Below are positions 12,474 to 21,024 of a stretch of 64,000 nucleotides of DNA, in pieces; positions within the stretch are counted from its first letter, which is position 1, and every line of letters starts with the position of its first letter. This DNA is from an uncultured virus (IMG/VR IMGVR_UViG_3300037455_000857) (lineage: Duplodnaviria; Heunggongvirae; Uroviricota; Caudoviricetes). The DNA is taken from IMG/VR virus record IMGVR_UViG_3300037455_000857. One strand, 5' to 3'. The notes under the pieces are model-generated. The model did not search any database and was not told the origin of the DNA. It worked only from the letters and a program-made list of their open reading frames with translations. Made by a program: the position numbers and the translations under genes.

Positions 12474-13247
12474 TTATATATTGTCCTCTGTTTTTCTTTT
12501 CACAGATTTTGCGTGGTGTTCCGCGTATGCTTCTATCAGATAGTCAACGATTTCGTGTCTGTGGTTTTCTTTCAGTTCTATGTTCACCATACTCGGTATC
12601 GTTTCGGCGCACTTGCACATAAACTTGAACCCGCTGTCCGTTCTGTGTTTCAAGTCAACCTGCGACACGTCACCGCAGATAATCATTTTGGAACGGAGAC
12701 CGATTCTCGTTACAATCATTTCCATCTGCTCGTCAGTTATGTTCTGCGCCTCGTCAACGATAACGCAGGCATCGAGGAATGTTAGACCCCTCATAAACGA
12801 TACGGGTACTATTTCCAACGTTCCGTCATTCAGCCATTGCTCCACGAGGTATCTTCTGTCCTTCCCCAATAGCAGGTAGAAGTTTTGATATATTGGTTGC
12901 AGCCAAACATCCATTTTGTCGCGCACGGTTCCAGGCAGGAAGCCGATGTCCTCTTTCGACACGGTTGGTCTCGTAACCACGATTTTTGTGAATTCCTTTT
13001 TCATCAGACCGTCCAACGCGATTTGGCAGGCAAGCAGGGTTTTTCCCGAACCCGCCTTTCCGTGAAGCACGCTGATTGTGTTGTTTAAAATGATGTTCTT
13101 GGCTTCCTTCTGCTCGTCATTCAGTTGGATGCCGAATTTGAAAGTCTTTTCGCTCATATGAGGAATAATGTTTTTGGTTTGGATTGTGGGGGTCGCGGGC
13201 GCGTCCTCCATAAGTTCTGAAAGTTCTCTTCTTGATACTTTTGTCAT
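12474..13247 (-). CDS. phoH: PhoH family ATPase
   Basis: GKAGSGKT, TRP...IGFLPG, FMRGLTF, IVDEAQN, CGDVSQVD and HRHEIV motifs. Confidence 0.93.
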   Translation of the reverse strand: MTKVSRRELSELMEDAPATPTIQTKNIIPHMSEKTFKFGIQLNDEQKEAKNIILNNTISVLHGKAGSGKTLLACQIALDGLMKKEFTKIVVTRPTVSKEDIGFLPGTVRDKMDVWLQPIYQNFYLLLGKDRRYLVEQWLNDGTLEIVPVSFMRGLTFLDACVIVDEAQNITDEQMEMIVTRIGLRSKMIICGDVSQVDLKHRTDSGFKFMCKCAETIPSMVNIELKENHRHEIVDYLIEAYAEHHAKSVKRKTEDNI

Positions 13248-13284
13248 ACTATATTTATATCGGAAAATGTCCGAAATCCGCTTG

Positions 13285-13406
13285 TATAAATAAAAACAGA
13301 AAAATGCCCGTTATAAATAAAAACGAGAAAATCCTCCGTTATAAATAAAAACGGAAATTTGACCGTTATAAATAAAAACGGAAAAAAGGCTGATATAAAT
13401 AAAAAC
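13285..13406 (+). repeat. Five tandem 27-28 bp units with core TATAAATAAAAAC
   Basis: Cores start at 13285, 13312, 13340, 13367 and 13394. Confidence 0.85.
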
Positions 13407-13560
13407 AAGACAAGCAGAAAATGACGAAACTAACACATACTCGACCAAGTGAACAGAAATTGTTTGGGGCGTATAATATTGATAAATGTTATCCGTGATG
13501 ATATATCGTGCATATACACAGACAGTTGGCGGTATATCAAAGTATGCCGCCAATTTTTTT

Positions 13561-13900
13561 TGACTTTTTTTGCGATATTTGTGTTTTGTTTTGAATTTTT
13601 TATTATATTAGACTTGTAAGCGTTCTTTGACATAATGAAAACCACGGAATCCACATTGATGATTTTTTTTGTGGACTTTCCGAAATTTTTATTATATTAT
13701 GAACGTCACGCTCTTTGAATATGATGAAAATGAGAAAAACGCGCTGTTGAAATTTTTTTGCGTTATTTCGGATTTTTTTATTATATTAGTGAGCAAGGTT
13801 CTTTGGAATATGGTAAATGAAGAAGCCGCAGGCTTGAAAATTTTTTTGCGGACTTTCCGAAATTTTTATTATATTACACTGAACGGAGTTCTTTGACATA
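13561..13900 (+). promoter_or_regulatory. Four tandem ~89 bp promoter-like + boxA-like units
   Basis: TATTATATTA at 13601, 13690, 13779 and 13867, each followed by G(T/C)TCTTTG at 13622, 13710, 13798 and 13888. Confidence 0.65.
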
Positions 13901-13902
13901 TT

Positions 13903-14700
13903 GGCGAGAAGGCACTATAAGGAAATGTAACAGCAACTGGCGGTTGGCAACAACCGTCACGGTTGCTTCAAAATAACAGACGGGTCTTATGAATGTTTCG
14001 CACTTGTGCTTGACTTTGTAACGACCTGCTTTGTGGAAACCGCGTGAAGAGCGCGGAATCTTGGAGTGCATCGGCGGGAAACCCCGATGTAGAACGACCC
14101 TAAAACGGTGGACACCCCTTTGGTTAAGGCAGTAAATTGCGGATAGGAATAAGATTACACCGCAAGCACTAAACAATACGGTGCAGGGGCAATACCGTGC
14201 TAAATTGAAGTGGAATCGAAAACAATATCGCGCCCTGGCAGGGGAGTTATATGCCCAACACTTCATAAACGTGTAGAGAATATAGAGGTCGCACCTACAG
14301 TCCTAATTTGCCGCGAGTGGGTAGAGCGGGTATGACCCTTAATAACTCATTAAACGCAGGCTCGCGGTGACTTGCGCAAGAATTAGGATATGGTGATAAT
14401 GTATCCCAGACCACAACGTAAAGGCAGAAAGAAAGCCACCCCAAATGAGTATACGGTGATTGGGGTGCTGATACGGCTATGGCGACATAGAGTGGCAGGC
14501 TAAAAACTTTAGCCAATCAATTTAGGTTACTATCATAGGCAAAAAAAATCAAATCCCGTTGAAATGATATATACGGGTTGCAACTGACAACGAGCGTAGG
14601 TGCTGAACCTCTTGTCAGCCACAGCATATACGGAGTCCAAGAGGCACATTGCGAGCCGTAAAGAAACCGCTCGGCGAGCAAGGACAAATATAATACGATT
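13903..14700 (+). ncRNA. Candidate large structured ncRNA (GOLLD/ROOL-like size and context); boundaries approximate
   Basis: No credible ORF; many hairpins (cggttg-gcaa-caaccg, ccgcg...cgcgg, catcgg...ccgatg, caccccaa...ttggggtg, ctatg-gcga-catag); directly after the promoter/boxA block and before the tRNAs. Confidence 0.5.
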
Positions 14701-14963
14701 TTAAGCGGTTTCCTTGTGTGCTATGACCTTTGCGATTGACTGCATTTCCGCTTGTTTGGAGTACAGCAGAGCAGTGGCGAGAAAATGTAAAAACTGGTGC
14801 AGTGACGCTTTCGCTTACACGTTCTACATTATCATACGGTCACATCAGAAGCGATTGTGTCGTTCTGTGTCATATCACCCAAGAGGTTGCCCTATTCAAT
14901 GAGATACGCCGCATTATTAGACAGTGCGGCAACAGAGTTCAATTTGGTTGAGGCAACCAAAAC

Positions 14964-15036
14964 AGTCCTATCGACAAGTGGTCGAAGTCACCACACTCTC
15001 AATGTGGAGTCACGGGTTCGAATCCCGTTGGGACTA
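14964..15036 (+). tRNA. tRNA-Glu(CTC)
   Basis: Cloverleaf; anticodon arm CCACA-CTCTCAA-TGTGG. Confidence 0.9.
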
Positions 15037-15056
15037 CAAATTCAAAATCCTTTATT

Positions 15057-15242
15057 ATGTGCGCAACGAAAGAATGCTTCGATAACGAAGCACTTATCAG
15101 AAAAATGGAAGCGAATTCGTTTTATCCGAAATGGTTTCCGAATGTGTTTCTGTTTTTCGACCCCGATGTGGCGGAAAAGATAACGGAAGCAGGCAGAACC
15201 GAAATGAAAAAACTCATAGAGTTGTTCAATATTAAAAAATAG
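15057..15242 (+). CDS. Small hypothetical protein between tRNAs
   Basis: 61 aa ATG ORF exactly filling the gap between two tRNA-Glu genes. Confidence 0.55.
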   Translation: MCATKECFDNEALIRKMEANSFYPKWFPNVFLFFDPDVAEKITEAGRTEMKKLIELFNIKK

Positions 15243-15313
15243 CCCTATCGACAAGTGGTTTAAGTCACCACTCTTTCAAGGTGGAGTCACGGGTTCGAAT
15301 CCCGTTGGGGCTA
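15241..15313 (+). tRNA. tRNA-Glu(TTC)
   Basis: Anticodon arm CCACT-CTTTCAA-GGTGG. Confidence 0.9.
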
Positions 15314-15564
15314 CACTTCCCTCTTGGTGACGGTACTTCACACCAACCAATGATAAGAGGTTTCCGATTGTGTACCATAACACAGTCCCCGTATGGGATT
15401 TTGGGTTAAGAATTCCCCCGTATGTGGTTTTGGGAGAAGAACCGCCCCTGCTGTGTATATGGGTAGATACACACGGCTCTTTTTCAACGGGTTTTTCGAG
15501 TTCGTTATGGAGAAAATGTCGCTGCGGTGAAGTCGTTGGCGTATAACAAAAACCTTTTTTACTT

Positions 15565-15638
15565 GGGCCAGTAGTTCAGTTGGTAGAACGCCTGCCTTGC
15601 AAGCAGGATGTCGTGGGTTCGATTCCCATCTGTGTCCA
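15565..15638 (+). tRNA. tRNA-Ala(TGC), one-base bulge in acceptor stem
   Basis: CCTGC-CTTGCAA-GCAGG; G3:U70. Confidence 0.85.
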
Positions 15639-15718
15639 CAAAGGTGTTTACTGCAAACATTAAATTCGAAAATAAATCTGTTTCATTGTTATTCGTTGCT
15701 CCGCACCTTGTTAAACAT

Positions 15719-15793
15719 AGTCCTATAGTTCAACGGATAGAACGGGGGTTTCCTAAACCTCTGATGCAAGTTCGATTCTTGTTAGGACTACCA
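15719..15793 (+). tRNA. tRNA-Arg(CCT)
   Basis: GGGGT-TTCCTAA-ACCTC; encoded CCA. Confidence 0.88.
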
Positions 15794-15865
15794 CGAGCAT
15801 TTATCATAATGCGAGTTTTTTGAAGTTATTCTATATTAAGTTAAAGCCCGCTTTCGCGGGCAAAC

Positions 15866-15938
15866 GGGGGTGTAGTTCAGTCGGTAGAACGGCGGACTGT
15901 TAATCCGTAAGTCGCAGGTTCGAGTCCTGCCGCCCCCG
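15866..15938 (+). tRNA. tRNA-Asn(GTT)
   Basis: GCGGA-CTGTTAA-TCCGT. Confidence 0.92.
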
Positions 15939-16093
15939 CAGCAAAACCGAGGTTGTGGTTCAATCAGATAGAATGAAAGTTCTGTTAGATTGTGTCCGTG
16001 TTCGAATGGCAATGCCGTTGGTGACGGTAGGCACGGCTTAATATGAGGATGAGGGTTTGCGGCTAACCACCGCAGATGTGTAGGTTTTGTTCA

Positions 16094-16166
16094 CTTCCCG
16101 TAGTTCAATGGATTAGAACGTGAGTCTACGGAACTCAAGATTGGGGTTCGAGTCCCTGCGGGAAGA
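16094..16166 (+). tRNA. tRNA-Arg(ACG)
   Basis: TGAGT-CTACGGA-ACTCA. Confidence 0.9.
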
Positions 16167-16191
16167 CAACCGAGTCCGCAAAGGAAAACTT

Positions 16192-16260
16192 AAAGGTGCA
16201 TACAGCAATCTTAACAGCATCAAACTTTTAATTTGACATCCGCTAACAAAGCACCTTGTT
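16192..16260 (+). ncRNA. ACAGCAA-module RNA carrying a Lys(TTT)-like anticodon hairpin (one of 6 free-standing copies)
   Basis: AAGGTGC/GCACCTT closing stem, ACAGCAA, TCAAA-CTTTTAA-TTTGA. Other copies at ~15640, 16299, 16752, 17687 and 18495. Confidence 0.6.
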
Positions 16261-16393
16261 TATTTTGACCATTCTTGGTTTCATAATTGTATAGGTGTAA
16301 AGATACGAACAGCAATCTCCAACAGAGCATAATAAGGAAGTATGACACGTTATTGTATCTTGTTTCTTTTTTTTTTTGGTGTACCATCCACCT

Positions 16394-16467
16394 GGTCCCA
16401 TAGCACAGTTGGTTAGTGCAATTGACTCATAATCAAAAGGTCGGGGGTTCAAGTCCCTCTGGGACCA
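16394..16467 (+). tRNA. tRNA-CAT (Ile2 or Met)
   Basis: TTGA-CTCATAA-TCAA; GGTCCCA acceptor stem. Confidence 0.88.
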
Positions 16468-16548
16468 CTTTCTCAAATTCATCTCTAAATATACAAATCT
16501 TTGTATTTTTCATTCTTTCACTTGTGCGGGGTTAAGCCCTGCACACAC

Positions 16549-16750
16549 GGCTGAATAGCATAATCGGAAATGCGTCAGAAGCGCAAGATGTGAACCGCAG
16601 TGATGCGGTGCTTGCCACTTTCGGGTGTGTGAGGTATAATTTCCGAAAAACGCGGGCTTTAGTTCAATTCACGGTTGTCAGTCAACTGTCTGCGTGAAGT
16701 AGGCTCTTGTTGCCGAGGAGATTCGGGGGTTCGATTCCCCTTGTCAGCCG
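16549..16750 (+). ncRNA. tRNA-like gene with a ~130 nt insert in the anticodon region
   Basis: 5' GGCTGAATAGCATAATCGGAAATGC and 3' GGGGGTTCGATTCCCCTTGTCAGCCG ends pair. Confidence 0.55.
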
Positions 16751-16833
16751 CAAAGATACACACAGCAATTTCAAAAAGCATCAAACTCGTAATTTGAATT
16801 CCGCTAAACAATGTATCTTGTTTTTCCTTATAA

Positions 16834-16952
16834 TGGGGGATGGTGTAATGGTAACACACGTATTTCATTCGGTTCTTGACAAAGAACCACGCAGCAACTT
16901 TACGAATTGCTTTTGGGTTGCCGTGATGTGGGTTCGAATCCTGCTCCCCCAA
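16834..16952 (+). ncRNA. tRNA body with the anticodon arm replaced by a permuted ACAGCAA module
   Basis: TGGGGGA/TCCCCCA acceptor, D and T arms intact; insert contains GGTTCTTG-AC-AAAGAACC-ACGCAGCAA. Confidence 0.65.
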
Positions 16953-16960
16953 CAAAGAAT

Positions 16961-17032
16961 GGAGCATTAGGCTTAATGGTAAACTGACGGACTGTCTATC
17001 CGATGTTACGGGTTCGAATCCCGTATGTTCCG
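16961..17032 (+). tRNA. tRNA-Asp(GTC)
   Basis: CGGA-CTGTCTA-TCCG. Confidence 0.85.
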
Positions 17033-17224
17033 CAAACAGAGTGAAGTTAATGGCGTAGGTTGTCTGCGGGTCGCGAACTGCATTCAATTGAAACCGACCT
17101 ATCCTTTGTCAGTATCATTAGTGGAGAAGTTGCGGTGGGATTCCGCAATGGAGAATGGTCAAAACGCTGGGAATATGCCAGAGACTACGGGTTCGAATCC
17201 CGTATGATACGCAAATCCTTATGG

Positions 17225-17646
17225 AACAGCGATTGGAGGTAGGCTTGAGAGTAGCCATCCTTTAAAGAGTTGCGAGAGGTAGCGACTATATACGAGTGTA
17301 CATCGTTGATTTGCGGGGTCGCAAGATACATTACGGCAGAGAATTTGGGTCGCCGTAAGTCCCCTCACGGAGTCATAAGCACAAATACCCGATGTCCGAT
17401 TTTCAGTCTGAAATGACGAAGTTTCCTTCGGACGTGACGGATTATTTAGGTGTCGGAGGCAGGTATGACGGATAAGGTGCAATAGTACAAGAGGAAACTG
17501 CACTTAACCTTCAATCATTTAATGATACGGTGTCCGAGGTATGAAGAAAGCCGAGGCGCAGTGTGTAATTCCCAAGTTAGTCACACGTTGGGATGTCCGT
17601 GAAACCGCCGTTGGAGCATTTGGTGTAAAAACACACAATCGCTGTT
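17225..17646 (+). ncRNA. Structured RNA resembling the 23S rRNA uL11-binding domain (H43-H44), split by a ~350 nt insert
   Basis: Perfect 11 bp closing stem AACAGCGATTG/CAATCGCTGTT enclosing GAGGTAGGCTTGAGAGTAGCCATCCTTTAAAGAG ... GTGTAAAAACACAC. Confidence 0.65.
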
Positions 17647-17751
17647 TTTTGCAGAATATTGTTAGTCATAGGCATAATGAAAAAATAAAGATGTGTACAG
17701 CAACTTTACCAAATCAAACTGTAACTTTGACCCAAGTGCATCTTGTAAAAT

Positions 17752-17822
17752 TGGGCTATGGTGTAATGGTAGCACAACAGATTTTGGTTCTGTTGGTCAA
17801 GGTTCGAATCCTTGTAGCCCAA
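17752..17822 (+). tRNA. tRNA-Gln(TTG)
   Basis: ACAGA-TTTTGGT-TCTGT. Confidence 0.9.
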
Positions 17823-17856
17823 CTGTGGCACACACAAAAAGACATAACACAACAAT

Positions 17857-17927
17857 AGGGATATGGTGTAACGGTAGCACAACAGATTTTGGTTCTGTTG
17901 GTCAAGGTTCGAATCCTTGTATCCCCG
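17857..17927 (+). tRNA. tRNA-Gln(TTG), second copy
   Basis: Same anticodon and T arms as the 17752 copy, different acceptor stem. Confidence 0.88.
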
Positions 17928-17940
17928 CAGAACAAACGAT

Positions 17941-18011
17941 AGGGATATCGTCCAATGGCAAGACACGGGACTCTGACTCCCATAATCAAGGTTCGAATCC
18001 TTGTATCCCCA
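17941..18011 (+). tRNA. tRNA-Gln(CTG)
   Basis: GGGA-CTCTGAC-TCCC. Confidence 0.88.
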
Positions 18012-18344
18012 CGATTAGGTGGTTGCAGACCAAAGTCCAAGTCCGCATACTTGCATTGAAGCCGAACAAGGTCAACAAGGTTAGTATAATAAAGACATCG
18101 GCGCGTTGGGACGAACCCGCAGAGGTGTCACACTGACACGCCCGTCACAAGCGGAGAGAGCCGAGGGGGGTACTCGGATGCGGTTAAGTCGCCGACAATG
18201 GAATTTGCGTGATGGATTTAGCGATTTGTCGTACAAGGTCAATAATGAACCAGATATGGAACATTATTGAGAAATCGGTTCACCGCAGCAGTGAAAGGGA
18301 GTTGGCGGATTGCAATAACGCCGATTTGCTGCATTTTTTTACAC

Positions 18345-18417
18345 GGGGAGATAGCAAAGCAGGTCTATGCGGCGGACTGAAAATCCGAAGATGGTGGTTC
18401 GACTCCACCTCTCCCCA
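18345..18417 (+). tRNA. tRNA-Phe(GAA)
   Basis: CGGA-CTGAAAA-TCCG. Confidence 0.88.
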
Positions 18418-18746
18418 CGGGCAGATGGATAGTAGCGTGTCCTAATGCAATTGGAGGCGCAAAAGCGGGTTCGAATCCCGTATGTCCACAAATTAAAGGT
18501 GTTGACGGCAATCCTTACAAAACTCAAATTTATCGTTTGATTGAAAGTACACCTTGTTTCCTATAAGGACAGCCGAAGGGTGAACGGCAACGGTGGGGTC
18601 GCTACCCAACGTGATTGCAATGGCACGGAGAACTTAAATGCCGTGAATCTCTTGCCCACGGGTAATTCTTCGCAGATGCGGATGCGCGTGTCCGTTTTCC
18701 TGCTGTCCTTTTTTTTACTGAATACTAACAATTAAAACATACAACA

Positions 18747-19250
18747 ATGATTTTCGAAACACTTGACAAACACATCGCGGACGCTATGTTTGAAGAAAAG
18801 AACAGTTCCGCGAAGTTGAAGACGAACTTTTGGAAAGGCGTTAAGACCGAAATGGTGAACGCAATCCATAACGGGGTGAAACTTCCGAATGACGAGGAAG
18901 AAACGAAGATTCTCCGTTCAATGCTGAAGAGATGCCGCACTGCTGCGCAGGAGTTTGCCAAGGCTGGTGACGATAACCAAGTCGCTGTCGAAAACAGAAA
19001 GGTAAACGAGTTCGAGGCTGCTGAACTTGAAAAACTCCTGCCGAAAGAGCCTACCGTTGAGGAAGTCTATAACGAGACGGTCAAGCAGGTCGATATGTTC
19101 GTTGCCGAGAAAATCGGCGAGGACGAAAATTTCAGCGTCAAACAACTCCAACGCTTCACAAAGGACATCATCACGAGGGTTAAGGAGAAATATCCAAACG
19201 CCAACAACGGTGTCATTGCGAATGTCGTGAAAGAAATCGCCAACAAGTAG
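18747..19250 (+). CDS. YqeY/GatB-domain protein
   Basis: Helical 167 aa ORF with DKHIADAM, DEEETKILRSMLKRCRTAAQEFAKAG and ELEKLLPKEPTVEE patterns typical of YqeY; lies inside the tRNA array. Confidence 0.75.
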   Translation: MIFETLDKHIADAMFEEKNSSAKLKTNFWKGVKTEMVNAIHNGVKLPNDEEETKILRSMLKRCRTAAQEFAKAGDDNQVAVENRKVNEFEAAELEKLLPKEPTVEEVYNETVKQVDMFVAEKIGEDENFSVKQLQRFTKDIITRVKEKYPNANNGVIANVVKEIANK

Positions 19251-19261
19251 TTGGCGCAGTC

Positions 19262-19346
19262 GGGGGAGCGGCTACGATGGTGGAGTGGCGGCAGACTGTA
19301 AATCTGTTACAAGGAAACGCAGGGGGTTCGAATCCCTCCTCCCCCA
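19262..19346 (+). tRNA. tRNA-Tyr(GTA)
   Basis: GCAGA-CTGTAAA-TCTGT; long variable region. Confidence 0.88.
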
Positions 19347-19452
19347 CGTGAAAGGGTGTAGTGTTATTACGGTTTCGTCATAATGCACCAACCAACCTTG
19401 AGGAGCGTGCGCACAAAAATCCTTGCAAGGAGGACAAAATGAAACCGACTAT

Positions 19453-19574
19453 GCGGAGATAGTTTAATGGTAGAACGCGATATGCACTAATGGTTCTTGT
19501 AAAAGAATCTGACAGCGACTTTATTGCTCGATATTCCAAATCCGTGATGCGTGGTTCGAATCCCGCTCTCCGCT
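19453..19574 (+). ncRNA. Second tRNA body with a permuted ACAGC(G)A module in place of the anticodon arm
   Basis: GCGGAGA/TCTCCGC acceptor; insert contains GGTTCTTG-TA-AAAGAATC-TG-ACAGCGA. Confidence 0.65.
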
Positions 19575-19614
19575 CAAAGCCATAGGCTTGGCTTCGGTTG
19601 CGCGACCGAAGTCT

Positions 19615-19688
19615 TGGAACGTAGTGCAACGGTAGCACAACCCCGTCAGAAACGGGGTAAATGTCAGTTCGAATCCGACCGTTTCCAA
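19615..19688 (+). tRNA. Atypical tRNA (extended anticodon stem, identity undetermined)
   Basis: ACCCCGT-CAGAA-ACGGGGT arm, bulged acceptor stem, mismatch in the T stem. Confidence 0.5.
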
Positions 19689-19698
19689 CAAACAACAG

Positions 19699-19770
19699 TG
19701 CGGGATGGAGCAGTGGTGGCTCGCAAGGCTCATAACCTTGAGGTCGGGGGTTCGAGTCCCTCTCCCGCTA
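19699..19770 (+). tRNA. tRNA-Met(CAT), initiator-like
   Basis: CAAGG-CTCATAA-CCTTG; 1:72 mismatch. Confidence 0.9.
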
Positions 19771-19949
19771 CAATAGTGAAGAAGTGTTCGGAGAAGATTT
19801 GTGCGCCGTTTATGCCCGCTGCAAAAGGGGGCGATGCTTCCGTTGGCGCATCGGGCTTCACCGCCCGTTTTGCGGGTTCAATTATTTTTCGACAACCCGC
19901 CGTATCATTCAAAGAATTCGGCATCATTATGCCGACTTCACTATACCTT

Positions 19950-20021
19950 GCGGGCGTAGCACAACGGTTAGTGTCGGAGATTTCCAATCTTCTGATGTGG
20001 GTTCGATTCCCATCGCCCGCT
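19950..20021 (+). tRNA. tRNA-Gly(TCC)
   Basis: GGAGA-TTTCCAA-TCTTC. Confidence 0.9.
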
Positions 20022-20119
20022 CACCGACCTGGCAAGGTTGTTTGGACGCGGCATCATCGCTGCGTTCTTACAGAAGTGTTGGTTTTCTGTATATTCCCTT
20101 CAGTAAGAACAGAATTTTT

Positions 20120-20203
20120 GGGTGAGTGGCGGAACTGGTAGACGCGCAAGTTTGAGGGACTTGTCCCCGAATGGGGGTGTGGGTTCGAATCCCATCTCGC
20201 CCA
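20120..20203 (+). tRNA. tRNA-Leu(GAG)
   Basis: CAAGT-TTGAGGG-ACTTG; variable arm. Confidence 0.92.
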
Positions 20204-20334
20204 CCCGAAAATCAGACGGACACATTCGCTTATATCGGAGGATATTAAGCCCGCTATGGAGCAGGCGGGCGCGTTAAGTTTATTCGTGGGTATATAGGAT
20301 GGCGAGGCTTCATAAGCATATGTCAGTCTGTTAC

Positions 20335-20418
20335 GGGCAGGTGGCGGAATTGGTAGACGCGGCAGTTTCAGAGGCTGCTGCCCGCAAGGGCGTGAGGGTT
20401 CGAGTCCCTCTCTGCCCA
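20335..20418 (+). tRNA. tRNA-Leu(CAG)
   Basis: GCAGT-TTCAGAG-GCTGC. Confidence 0.92.
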
Positions 20419-20442
20419 CAGCCGAATGCCTATTTCCAATTC

Positions 20443-20522
20443 GGGCGAGTGGCGGAATTGGTAGACGCGGTAGTTTTAGGAACTACTGCTTCGGCGTGCG
20501 GGTTCGAGTCCCGTCTTGCCCA
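20443..20522 (+). tRNA. tRNA-Leu(TAG)
   Basis: GTAGT-TTTAGGA-ACTAC. Confidence 0.92.
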
Positions 20523-20532
20523 CAAGTCATTC

Positions 20533-20616
20533 GGGCGAGTGGCGGAATTGGTAGACGCGACAGACTTAAAATTTGTTGCCCGTAAGGGCGTGCGGGTTCG
20601 ATTCCCGCCTCGCCTA
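20533..20616 (+). tRNA. tRNA-Leu(TAA)
   Basis: ACAGA-CTTAAAA-TTTGT. Confidence 0.92.
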
Positions 20617-20637
20617 CCTAACAAATGTACAAACGAT

Positions 20638-20814
20638 ATGAGTGCGAATTTAAGTGAAATACTGAAAGAAAAAATATCGTCTATGAGCGATTCGGATATA
20701 AACCGAATTATGGACGAAATACAGAAAGTTTCAAAGGACATCGCTTCGCCGTCAGCGGACGAATACACGAAGTTCTTGGAACGGATGAAGAAATATGCGG
20801 AAACGCAAAGTTAA
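20638..20814 (+). CDS. Small hypothetical protein (MSANLSEILKEK...)
   Basis: 58 aa helical ORF from the ATG at 20638, downstream of tRNA-Leu. Confidence 0.6.
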   Translation: MSANLSEILKEKISSMSDSDINRIMDEIQKVSKDIASPSADEYTKFLERMKKYAETQS

Positions 20815-20940
20815 ATCGGCAAACCCAAAACGAGGGGGTGTGGGTAATAGGTCTCGTCCCGTTGCTCGTTAGCGCGGGTAGAGCGGTAAAGGCTGAAAGG
20901 TCTCGCTATCAAGATTAAATAACTACTGCTGATTTTTTAA

Positions 20941-21024
20941 GGTCGAGTGGCGGAATTGGTAGACGCGCTTGTCTCAAAAACAAGTGTCCGAAAGGACGTG
21001 CGGGTTCGATTCCCGCCTCGACCA
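20941..21024 (+). tRNA. tRNA-Leu(CAA)
   Basis: CTTGT-CTCAAAA-ACAAG. Confidence 0.92.

Noticed and set aside
13285..13900. Possible CRISPR array
   Set aside because: Conserved cores are only 10-13 bp, AT-rich and promoter-like, and no cas genes are seen.
17225..17646. Fragment of a real 23S rRNA gene or host contamination
   Set aside because: Similarity is limited to H43-H44, interrupted by ~350 nt and closed by its own stem. Flanks are phage tRNA genes.
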